Below are positions 24,787-37,310 of a stretch of 64,000 bases of DNA, piece by piece (positions within the stretch are counted from its first letter, which is position 1; each line of letters opens with the position of its first letter). The notes beneath the pieces are model-generated. The model searched no databases. It was given only the letters and a program-made list of their open reading frames with translations, and was not told the DNA's origin. Location of the stretch: the NCBI GenBank assembly GCA_951406725.2, contig OX597818.1, positions 143,530,001 to 143,594,000 of the forward strand. Reading direction: 5' to 3'. The stretch is from Octopus vulgaris (lineage: Eukaryota). The position numbers and the translations under genes are program-made.

Positions 24787-25446
24787 GCAATAACAGCAAC
24801 AACAATAAGGACAGTACAAGTACAATGGTGTAGAGAAGATGTCAAAGAAAAATATGGCGGTAAAGGATGATAAAGATGGGGAAGTAAGAGATGGGAGGGG
24901 TGGGGGTGGACTGAGTGAATGGAAAGAGAAAAAATGCAAAAAGCTGGTCAGATGAGCCTGGAATGCTTTTTGCGAATCGGCTTAACATTACACTATGTTG
25001 TGGCCAAATACATTCAGCTTTTTATCTGCATTGCGGTACTTTAAATCACTGATAATACGTAGATCCTGCCCATACACCGCTTGGTATAGACTAGCGGTTG
25101 ATGGGAACCTGTGGGTTGTGTTTTAATTACCTAAATCCTAAAGAAAGAAAACAATATGCAATATAATTCTGGAAATAGATATCTCGGTTATCCTTTCCAT
25201 AATATCGGGAAATGCAAAATAACACAAAGAGAGACAGAGCAGAATGGAATCGAATGAACTTATTGACCGAGTTAGTTTCCTCATTGACTTAAGTTTCTTA
25301 CGTAGGACCTAAAAGATCATGCATAAAATTATTGAACCAACAAGGGAGCCTCTACACAGTCTCTCCACCTGCCGGAAATAGCCTCCAAATTTCAACACAC
25401 CACACTCTATTATCTTTGGGAAAGACCTGGTGAATAACGTAGTTTC

Positions 25447-25572
25447 ACATACATACATACACACACACATACATACATACATACATACACACATACATAC
25501 ATACATACATACATACATACATACACACACACATACATACATACATACATACATACATACATACATACATAC

Positions 25573-25603
<31 letters not shown>

Positions 25604-25802
25604 CATACATACGCACATACATACATACATACATACATAAATACATACATACATAAATACATACATACATACATACATACATACATACATACATACATAC
25701 TTACATACATACATACATACTTACATACATACATATATACATACATACATACATACATACATACATACATACATACATACATACATACATACATACATAC
25801 AT
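25447..25802. repeat. (CATA)n microsatellite
   Basis: Direct reading. Confidence 0.97.
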
Positions 25803-25984
25803 CATGGCACCGTCAACATCGGACGTGCAGATGTAGAGGAGCTTTTAAAAAGTTCGTCTTGAACGCCTTCCTCTAGAAATATGCCGACTTTTCCATCGAT
25901 AACTGGTTTATTTCTCCTACTGCAGAAAAAAAATAGTTATATGCTAGGATCTTCAACTGCTCGAAAAAGCAATGTAACTGATAA

Positions 25985-27545
25985 TTTCATTGTAGACGAC
26001 CTGAAGATTTAAGCAAAAAGTGTTAACAATGTCCCAAAACAACTGGAATTATTTACATTATCTGATATAGACATGGAATTTGGCCAAAAGAAATGTTCAT
26101 ATTTGGTTATAGAACGAGGAAAGTCCGCCTCCTAAACCCAAAACATGTGCATCAATGGTCTCTCTCTGTCTTCCCCATTCCACACAAACAATGTTACAAG
26201 TACCTAGGCATAGACGAAAATGTATAATATGAAGGCACTGTGACTAAAAATAGAGTAACCCGAGAATATTACACCAGACTTAGGAAAATATGACATTCGG
26301 AGCTCTTCTCTTACAACAAAACAATATCCCACAATGAATTTGCAGTACCAGTGCTGATCCCAACATTTAGGATACTTGATTGGTCTGTAAGGAAATCCAC
26401 TCCATAGATGTCAAAACCTGCAAAATCCTGACAGCTGGGAACTTCCACAGAAACAGTGATGTTGACAGGCTCTACCTAAGAAGAAATGAAGGTGGTAGAG
26501 GCCCGGGATCAGTGCGGACGGCCTTCAAATGCCATATGATATCACTCAGGCAGCACCTGCTAAACAACAGCAGCAAAAATAAATATATTAATGCAGTGCT
26601 GAAAGGAGAAATGAGCAACATTTTATGAGTTGGCAGTGAGCTCCTCTAGACGCACTCTCTTCCTGATGATCTCCTATACAGCCCCAAAACAGCTGGGGTA
26701 TCTTGCCTCAGAGAAGACCTGGATGAAAGCACTCAGCATACAGAAAAAAAGGTTATGCATGGGTATGTTGCCCGAAAGCTTGAAGAAGTTAGTAGAACTG
26801 ACACGAAGTGCAGCCTCTCTCAGACACAAGACCACTACATCATATCATACTTTGAAGGCTATGCCTTTGCAATCCAGAAACAAGAAATTGCCACAAAGTA
26901 CCTGGTGAACAAGAGAGACAGTAACGCTCTTGCAATCCTAAAGTGCAACCGCATGTGTTGGCTATGTCATGTTTCTGTGGAAGACATCATGCATATGATT
27001 AGCAGCTGTACTAAAATGTCGTCACGGTACTACCGCCCTATGCAGCACGATGTTGTTGCTAAAACAATTTGCAATGCCATCTGCAAAAAAAGACTGTCCT
27101 GAAATAAACTTAGAAAATCCCTGTTATGGAATACCTTCATAAAGACCAATTCAAGGAATACTGGTGGAATATTGCCATCAAAACTTCTGTCAAATATTAA
27201 CATAACAGACCGGATATTGCTGTTTGGAACAGAGGGGCACGGGTATGTATCATCATAGAGGTCGGCTGCCCTGCAGGTATAAATAACTCTTTGGAAATCC
27301 AAGAAAATGAGGATATCTAGGGACAACTGCTTCGAAACCTCCAGCTTCTAAATCTAGACTATGAATTCATATTCATACCAATAATAATTTGAACACCAGG
27401 TTTTGTTAATAAATACTTAAAGATGAATCTAGATAACTGAGATTTTCAGAAAGAGAAATCGACTGGCTAATCCGTACATTACAAATGCAATCTATGAGTG
27501 GAACAGTAAAAGTATGCAAGACTTTTCTCAAGTTCCAAATGTGAA
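25985..27545 (+). mobile_element. 5'-truncated R4/Dong-type non-LTR retrotransposon (RT C-terminus, CCHC, RLE), disrupted
   Basis: VDDLKI, MEFGQKKC, YKYLGI, DVDRLYLRRNEGGRG, MHGY, CWLC..HMISSC, HDVVA, HNRPDI and IIEVGCP across frames. Confidence 0.9.
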
Positions 27546-27733
27546 TTTGTCTGTGCTAGCAAACATCCCAAAGATGGAGACTTGTATCTTTGTTGGAAAC
27601 CGGCTCCCTCTTCTATGGAACATTTAGCCCTAGAGTAACCATCAACGCTTCCTGTCGGTTTTGACACATTTCACTGTAAATAGATATATTTGCGAAGGCT
27701 TGGTAAGTATCACCGCTAGCGAGGACATACTAC

Positions 27734-27779
27734 CCTGGACTGACGAGGGGCAGGACCCAGAAACATGCATGTCTCCAGG
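27734..27779 (+). ncRNA. Minimal type I hammerhead ribozyme motif
   Basis: ccugga-CUGACGA-g-ggg(cagga)ccc-a-GAAAC-augcau-GUC-uccagg; perfect 6-bp stem I and palindromic stem III. Confidence 0.75.
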
Positions 27780-28003
27780 TTGCTAGTTCTAGCTGGTGTG
27801 GGTGCTTTCCTCCCCTTTGCAAATATAAGGTCACAGCAAATGTGTCAAAGCCGACAGGAAGCGTCGATGCTTCTTAGGGTTATATAGCGGTGGTGTAATT
27901 CCCTCTACGGAACTGTCACGTTAGGTTGACTTTATACAACCATTCTATATTTATATATATTTGTATATATACGTATTTATATATATATACGTATGTCCAT
28001 AAG

Positions 28004-28038
<35 letters not shown>

Positions 28039-28045
28039 ATACATA

Positions 28046-28092
<47 letters not shown>

Positions 28093-28798
28093 TCAAACCC
28101 AAACTAAATAAACAATAATACTACTACTTAGATGTACTGTTTCTACTGCAACGACCACTACCACTAACAACAACAACAGTACTAATGATGTTCATTATGA
28201 TGATAGCAGGAAAACACTAGCTAAGTCAATATCAAAGTCAGTAAAAATTATCTTATTTTGGGGTTTAAAGTTCTATCACAGCTACTCCTACCACCACCAC
28301 CACCACCACCGCAAACAACAACAACAACAATAAAGGAGATTATAATGATGATGATGATGATAACTGAAATGTAAAAATCGCTGGGAAAGGTTTACATTTC
28401 TAAAAATAGTCCAACGGTTACTGCTTGGCCAGGGTCAAAATACAGGTCTATTGACATGTTCAACAAATCGTAACGCCTAAATCCAAGTAATTTATTTAAA
28501 TCACACACTGATTGGTTAGAATACAGATTGCAAAAATTAACATTCTGGAGCCTATACAAATGTATTTAAGCCACCTCGCTACAGTTGTAAATTACAAAAC
28601 ATAACTGTTATCACGACTACATGGACCTGAAGATTATATAGTTTAATGCATGAAAGTACTAGTTTAATCAGAATGGACATTTAATATTCTATAATTTCTT
28701 TATATTATATTATATTATATTATTGTAAATAAAACGTGAAAATCAAAGTTGGAATTTCTTTGAGTAATATATTCTATACACAATCATAGACACCCATT

Positions 28799-30103
<1,305 letters not shown>

Positions 30104-30152
30104 ATATATATATTATTATATGATTGAACGCCACAAATCCATTTCCAAGTAA

Positions 30153-30203
<51 letters not shown>

Positions 30204-30207
<4 letters not shown>

Positions 30208-30635
30208 CAATCAAGGAACGGCCATAATAGGCCATTCACCCACTAGAAATAACAGCCAAAGCTTCAACCGCAAAATAACATTAATTCCGCAAACCAGGAG
30301 AAAATTAAAAAAACATTTACCCTGTAATTTCTTATACGATGCACCGTTTCATCTATTGTTTAATGGTAAACTAACCTGATTAAATTAAATCAAGCCAATC
30401 TTCCATAGGCCGATAGATTCGTCTATCGGCCTATGGAAGATTGGCTTGATTTAATTTAATCAGGTTAGTTTACCATTAAACAATAGATGAAACGGTGCAT
30501 CGTATAAGAAATTACAGGGTAAATGTTTTTTTAATTTTCTCCTGGTTTGCGGAATTAATGTTATTTTGCGGTTGAAGCTTTGGCTGTTATTTCTAGTGGG
30601 TGAATGGCCTATTATGGCCGTTCCTTGATTGCGAT
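30204..30635. repeat. Apparently perfect palindrome, 214-bp arms, TTCG loop
   Basis: 30204-30417 is the reverse complement of 30422-30635. Confidence 0.95.
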
Positions 30636-30731
30636 GTTGAACTTATAAATGGTCTATGACTATTTAATTTTTTCCCACTAGGCCGCTGGTGGCAAAAAAA
30701 TTCTACAAAAGTTTTTGCCACCCTATATTGA

Positions 30732-30769
<38 letters not shown>

Positions 30770-31171
30770 AAAAGGAATTCCAACCTTGTCTGATTTTCAC
30801 GTTTTATGTACAATCTTATAATGATATAATATAAGATAATATAAAATAAAATAATAGAATGTTAAATGTTCATTCTGATTGAACTAGTACTTTCATGCAT
30901 TAAATTCTGCAATCTTCAGGTTCATGTAGTAGTGGTGACAGTCATGCTTCACAATTTTTGACAGTCAAAAATTGTGAAGTCAAAAATTGTGAAGCATGAC
31001 TGTCACCACTACTACATGAACCTGAAGATTGCAGAATTTAATGCATGAAAGTACTAGTTCAATCAGAATGAACATTTAACATTCTATTATTTTATTTTAT
31101 ATTATCTTATATTATATCATTATAAGATTGTAAATAAAACGTGAAAATCAGACAAGGTTGGAATTCCTTTT
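30770..31171. repeat. Near-perfect palindrome, ~193-bp arms
   Basis: 30770-30962 versus 30979-31171, one mismatch seen; 15-bp direct duplication at the centre. Confidence 0.95.
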
Positions 31172-31207
31172 ATTAATATATTCTTCTATACACAATCACA
31201 CACACCC

Positions 31208-31258
<51 letters not shown>

Positions 31259-31784
31259 TAATAAATAAAATATATAAAATATATATATATATATATATAT
31301 ACGTACGTACCAACCTCTACATGTATATATACACGCATATATGAGTACAGGACACCAAAAAAACGTCGAACACAATGAGAAACGAAAACATAGACACAAA
31401 CCCAAGGAACTGGACATTTTTCTTAAACAACAAAAAAATAGAGTACAGGACAAATAACACAAGGAAAAAAACCCTTCTTCAGTCGCCATGGTTTCACCTA
31501 CTCTACGTTTCGAAGGTGAAGGCGAGACGTATCTTCGAAAGAAACTTTCCTTCCTGCGAAAAGCAAATCAAATAAAATTTGAGATCTTTTTGCAGAGGGG
31601 TAAAAATGGTAACAAAACCAGGACAGTAACGACAGTACAAAATATAAGCAGTAAAAGACAGGACGTATATATATATAGTTAATCCAAACAAGAAAACACA
31701 AAAAAAGCAAAAAAACACAACAACGCGAGGACGTGGAACAAATAAAGTATTATTGGACGCCCAGGAAAGGAGGGAAGAAGGAAC

Positions 31785-33007
31785 AAACACAGATATACTT
31801 GTATGTCTGCGTGTATATGTATGAATGTATGTATGTATGTATGTATGTATGTATGTATGTATGAATGTATGTATGTATGTATGTATGTAACGGGAAGCTT
31901 TATGAAAATAGACAAAAGACGAAGGCAGGTGGAAAACAAACAAACAATTGTATTAGTATGGCGCTCAGGAAATATAAATAAAACAAGTCTTTAACGTTTC
32001 GAGCCTGTGTGTATGTATGTATGTATGTATGTATGTATATATATGTATGTGTGTACATAGGGCTGTGTGTGTGCGTGCGTGCGTGCGTGCGTGTGTGTAT
32101 GTGTGCCCGAGCAGGCCAATTATGAAAACCCTTCGAGTTAGCCCATCCTTGTTTCAACCGCAATTTATCTTAAACCACAGTATGCAATGCAACTTTTACG
32201 CGGGCCCGCGTGCACACAGACAGACAGACACACACACTGGCAAACACACATACGCGCACATACACACACATATCCTTATGATAGTACTGAGATGGACCAT
32301 CTGTATTACGTGCGGCTGACTGAAGTAAATAGCACAGATAATGGTTTTAGTTTTGTTATCTTGGAATGCTTTGTTTGTGGTAGATTGCTGCTAGTCTGTC
32401 CAGGTAAAGAGATGTTTTTCACTTATTGAAAGAAAAGTAATAAAGATAATCTCTAGCAAATTGTGGTATATATGTATATACAAATATATTTTATGTGCGT
32501 GTGTGTGTGTGTGTCTTTATGTCTGTGTGTGTGTGTGGTTGTGTGTGGTTGTGTGATGCAGTCAGCAGTTAGGGCGTAAGGAATTTTGCAAGCTGATCTG
32601 TTCTTGTCGATTCAGGTTACCTAACGCCTATTATGCAACTATAGCATATTGTCACAACATAACTTCAGTTATGCATATGTATGCGTTTGTGCACGTGTGT
32701 GTGTGTATGTGCGCGTATGTGTGTTTGCAAGTGTGTGTGTGTCTGTCTGTCTGTGTGCACGCGGGCCCGCGTAAAAGTTGCATTGCATACTGTGGTTTCA
32801 GATATATTGCGGTTGAAACAAGGATGGGCTAACTCGAAGGGTTTTCATAATTGGCCTGCTCGGACACACATACACACACGCGCGCACGCACGCACACACG
32901 CACACACACACACACAGCCCTATGTACACACATACATATATATATACATACATACATACATACATTCATACATATACACGCAGACATACAAGTATATCTG
33001 TGTGTTT
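31785..33007. repeat. Inverted repeat, ~310-bp arms, ~420-bp spacer
   Basis: ccgagcaggccaattatgaaaacccttcgag...gcgggcccgc block is inverted at 32695-33007; the left arm is interrupted by a pLTR-type fragment at 31888-32006. Confidence 0.9.
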
Positions 33008-33462
33008 GTGTATGTATAACCGTGTATATATAGGTCAACTATTCAAATGGCTTCATGAAACACTCCCTTAAAACCCCACCACCTCCCAACTCCACCCCCA
33101 ATCAAATACTTTGTGTTGACCATTCGCTATTTTCTTTCAGCTAACATTCAACAACAGTCTTTCACTCACACACTTAATAACAAACCCCAACCCCACCTAG
33201 ATCCCGTATATAGAATCACAAAGCTCGAAATAAATCACATCTGTTTGACAACGAATGCGAGAAAGTTCTCCCAAAAAGTTAGCAAGGATTTTTTTTACTT
33301 CAGGTAAAAAAGAACTTACGAGATCTATGAGCTATAGTGTTAATTTATATTATCAAAGAATTTTTTAAATAATAAATTAAACTGATTAGAACTACCAGTG
33401 AAGTCATGCGTATTCTTTTTTCAAATATAGCTAACTGTAGCAAAGATCTCAGACATTTTCCA

Positions 33463-33493
<31 letters not shown>

Positions 33494-33505
33494 TGTATGT
33501 ATGTA

Positions 33506-33549
<44 letters not shown>

Positions 33550-33601
33550 ACATTAAAAAATAAAATACGCACACTTACATAGTTTTAATACAATTTTTAA
33601 T

Positions 33602-33636
33602 ATATCGACCGGTTTCACCATAGCTATTCATGATAT
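33602..33636 (-). ncRNA. Hammerhead-like motif with A3:U8 core
   Basis: auauc-AUGAAUA-gcuauggu-GAAAC-cg-GUC-gauau; downstream of a weak Penelope EN-like remnant (EHVLRC...FTITSLY). Confidence 0.45.
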
Positions 33637-34044
33637 TATGTTTTACTTATTTGAATATGTATTTTTTCTTCAGAAGAAATTTTGTCTATGTTCTGTGTGA
33701 TGATATTCATGAGTGAATAACTTCACAAGTAGATTAATAAGGGGAGGTAATTGGTTATTATTATTGTTATTGTTGTGGGTAAGGGAGATAACTGTTCAGC
33801 TTTCGGTAATGGGAGGGGGCATATATATGTACAGACAAAAGCAAACTTCGAAAACCTTGTTTAGTGAGGGGATTTATGTACAGTGATGTAATCGTGAATT
33901 GAAATATGTAAAAAAAAAGTTCGTTATGCGTGCATCTTAAGACGTGTTCTGTATTTTTCAATGAAATGATTGAATTGTTCAATTAAATGGAGTCGTATGA
34001 AACGATCGTACCTCATTACCTCTTGATTTCTTTGTTGCTTATTT

Positions 34045-34088
<44 letters not shown>

Positions 34089-34144
34089 TTATGTATAATT
34101 TCCCATAAATGAATAAATATTCAAATAAATATTTATGTAAATAC

Positions 34145-34181
<37 letters not shown>

Positions 34182-34185
34182 GTAG

Positions 34186-34247
<62 letters not shown>

Positions 34248-34264
34248 GCTGTTGTTGTTGTTGT

Positions 34265-34397
34265 TGCCTTTGCACAGTTTCTAACGTTGGAGGTGTACTA
34301 CAGCGTCAGCTGTTCACTACCAGTGAACTAAGGTAACACCTCTTATTTTTCGAGCACCTTCCGGAGTATTCGAGCGGTTCCAAGCAGTGCTGTTTTA
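34265..34397 (-). mobile_element. R4/Dong-type LINE extreme 3' end next to (AAC)n(AAT)n
   Basis: KTALLGTARILRKVLEK* followed by a short UTR. Confidence 0.75.
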
Positions 34398-34622
34398 GAC
34401 TTATTTCAGAATATGGTTGAGCCCATAAAATAAGATTTGGCTACACCTCCATTTAGAGCACAGTTTAAGCTATCTTTTCGTGAAAGAAGATTTGTGTCGG
34501 CCTATCATGTTTTCAATGAAATGGTGGCTTATTAGAGGATTTTTCAACTCTTATTGTTACAGCAACGCTGGCACCGCTTGTACCCTCAATTATAATGACT
34601 AATTAATAACAAAATTTATATA

Positions 34623-34810
34623 TAGGCGGAGGAGTGGCTGCGTGTTAAGTAGCTTGCTTACCAACCACATGGTTCCGGGATCAGCCCCACTGCGTTTTAC
34701 CGAAAGCGTATAATGTTGTTAAATGTTCGAAATACGAGAGTAGAAAAACAGTCAGCAACTGATGAAGAGTCGTTCTTTATGGTATTTGTCTTGTTTTCCA
34801 ATTGTGTCTT

Positions 34811-34870
<60 letters not shown>

Positions 34871-35172
34871 GTATAGATGTTAGTATGTACATATATGTAT
34901 GTATGCATATATATATATATTATTTATATTGTATATATATGTGTGTGTGTGTGTATATATGTTTGTGTACTTGTGTTTGTCCCCCACCATCGCTTGACAA
35001 CCGATGTTTACTATGTTTACGTCCCTGTAACTTAGCGGTTCGGCAAAAGAGACCGATAGAATAAGTACTAAGTTAACAAAGAATAAGTCCTGGGGTCGAT
35101 TTGCTCGACTAAAGGCAGTGCTCCTGCATGGCCGCAGTCCAATGACTGATACAAATAAAAGAATAAAAGAAT
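34623..35172 (+). mobile_element. SINE family A copy interrupted by other repeats
   Basis: Head 34623-34695 and tail 34965-35172 match 2301-2700. Confidence 0.75.
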
Positions 35173-35318
35173 AAATTACATACAAATAGCATCCAAGTGG
35201 AAAGAAGGCGGACAAGATATAGAACATGCGGGAAGCTCGAACGTCAACAATGGAAAACGTAAGATAGGGTTATAAGATGAAATGAATTTATGTTAAAAAT
35301 CGTGTATTTATAAAGCAA

Positions 35319-35700
35319 CTAGCAGTATCGCCCGGCGTTGCTTGGGTTTGTAAGGGGAATAACTATAAAGCATTTTTAGAGAGTTATAGCCCAAAAATAG
35401 CAAAAAAATGGAAAAAAAATTGTGGTAAATTTTTTTTAGTTAAAAAGGTCGAGTTGCGTCCCCTAGACAGTCTGTGGTTTGTGTTTCTGATTCTCGACCC
35501 CATGTCGAATTTATCGATTTTTTTTCAGAACTGGGGGAACTTTTCAAAATTTTCGCTGCGTTAGTTTTGAATTAGGACATTGGGCTATGTGTGTGTCAAG
35601 TTTCATCAGAATCGGTTGAAAGCCGTGGTCAGGGTGAGGGTACAACCAAACAGACACACAGAAACACACACAGACAAACTGCCGTTTATATACAGAGAGA
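35319..35700 (-). mobile_element. Non-autonomous Helitron
   Basis: Same 3' hairpin and CTAG as 6923; 5' TC end at 35700. Confidence 0.75.
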
Positions 35701-36017
35701 TAAAAAATTCCTGCCTAGATGATGTCAATGCTGGGGCTCCGCCTCGGAGAACTTTCTAGTCGATTAATTTGACCATAGACTAATATTTTAAGCTTGGTAT
35801 TTATTCTATCGGCCTCTTTCACCAAAACCGCCAGATTACGGGGACCTGTTGTCAAACGGTGGTAGGGGACAAACGCAGACTCAAACACACACACACACAC
35901 ACGCACACACACACACATACACTCACAAACATATGCGATAGTTTTTGATAAGCAGCGTCGATTTTTACAATTTTGTAAATAATAATAATAGTATTAAATA
36001 AACTTTAAACTAATAAA

Positions 36018-36064
<47 letters not shown>

Positions 36065-36456
36065 ATTACAAAATTGGGATTTTACCAATAGGACCACAAC
36101 TTCAAATTCAGGACAACCTTATTTTTCTGCAGTGCACACAGAATGTTGTATCCAAAATACTAATCTAATAATATAAGCATTTTAAAGCCTACTAACACGT
36201 ACAATAAAATAAAGTACGTTAGGATTAATTAAAACTTATTTAAACATATTTTTTAAATATATGTACTTTACCTATTATTAGTCTGGTGAGGGAAAGAAGA
36301 TAATATTAATCAACGCTACACGTTTTCCTGCCCTCGTGGTTTGTTTTTCCAGGCTATACCTAATACATAAATCCACCTGTGCGTCCTCAGCTTATTTTTC
36401 TTTTTATTATTATTATTAACAGATCCATCTTAATCATATATATATATATATATATA

Positions 36457-36785
36457 CGTCCCCTGCCCAATTCAAGATCACAACATACATGTACACTGCA
36501 ACATAATTTCTTTTCCTCAACAGGCCCTGCCCTATTTAACATTCTCCCGAGGGAGATCAAAGAGGAAAAGGATCCCATCAACTTTAAACAGAGTCTGGAT
36601 AGATTCCTTTAAAGAATACCAGATAAGCCACCCATAATTGGATACAACTCACCCAACAAGAACTCACTAATTGAACAAAACTTGACTTAAACAGGATTCG
36701 AATAATCCTATCAGGTGGTGCTATTAAGTTAGACATGGCCTGGACCATTCTTTGGTCGAAACATATCTAAGTTTATCTAAGTTCA
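36457..36785 (+). mobile_element. CR1/Jockey-group LINE 3' end
   Basis: HNFFSSTGPALFNILPREIK...NFKQSLDRFL*RIPD followed by a (tatctaagtt)2 tail. Confidence 0.75.
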
Positions 36786-36788
36786 TAG

Positions 36789-36822
<34 letters not shown>

Positions 36823-36897
36823 GTTAATTTCACGAGCAGGCTGTTCCGTTGATCGGATCAACCGGAACCTTCGTCGTCGTAAACGACGGAGTGCTTC

Positions 36898-36963
<66 letters not shown>

Positions 36964-37258
36964 TGTCTTACTGTCTATCTGTTAAACCCATTGGAGTTTC
37001 TATGAACAACTGATTGTTTAAATATGTTTTTCCAAAATTTCCCCTTGTAACTTTAAACACTCCTCAAACATCTTCTTAATTATTTTTTTATTTCCACCAT
37101 TAATAAAAACAAAAATTGTCAAAACTGGTGTGGTATTGGAATGAATCTATTACAATGTCTAAAAATGACCTACATGTTTTGAGATTCAGGTGAATTTTCA
37201 AACTCCAAAACAAATTCTGTGTTCTTTTCCTGTGTGAGAATACACTTCTTTCCATTTA

Positions 37259-37309
<51 letters not shown>

Positions 37310-37310
<1 letters not shown>

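Noticed and set aside
31474-31520. Type II hammerhead-like arrangement GAAACGUA...CUGAAGA (similar at ~29853-29895 and ~34726-34770)
   Set aside because: No convincing stem I, and the other copies lack the GUH site
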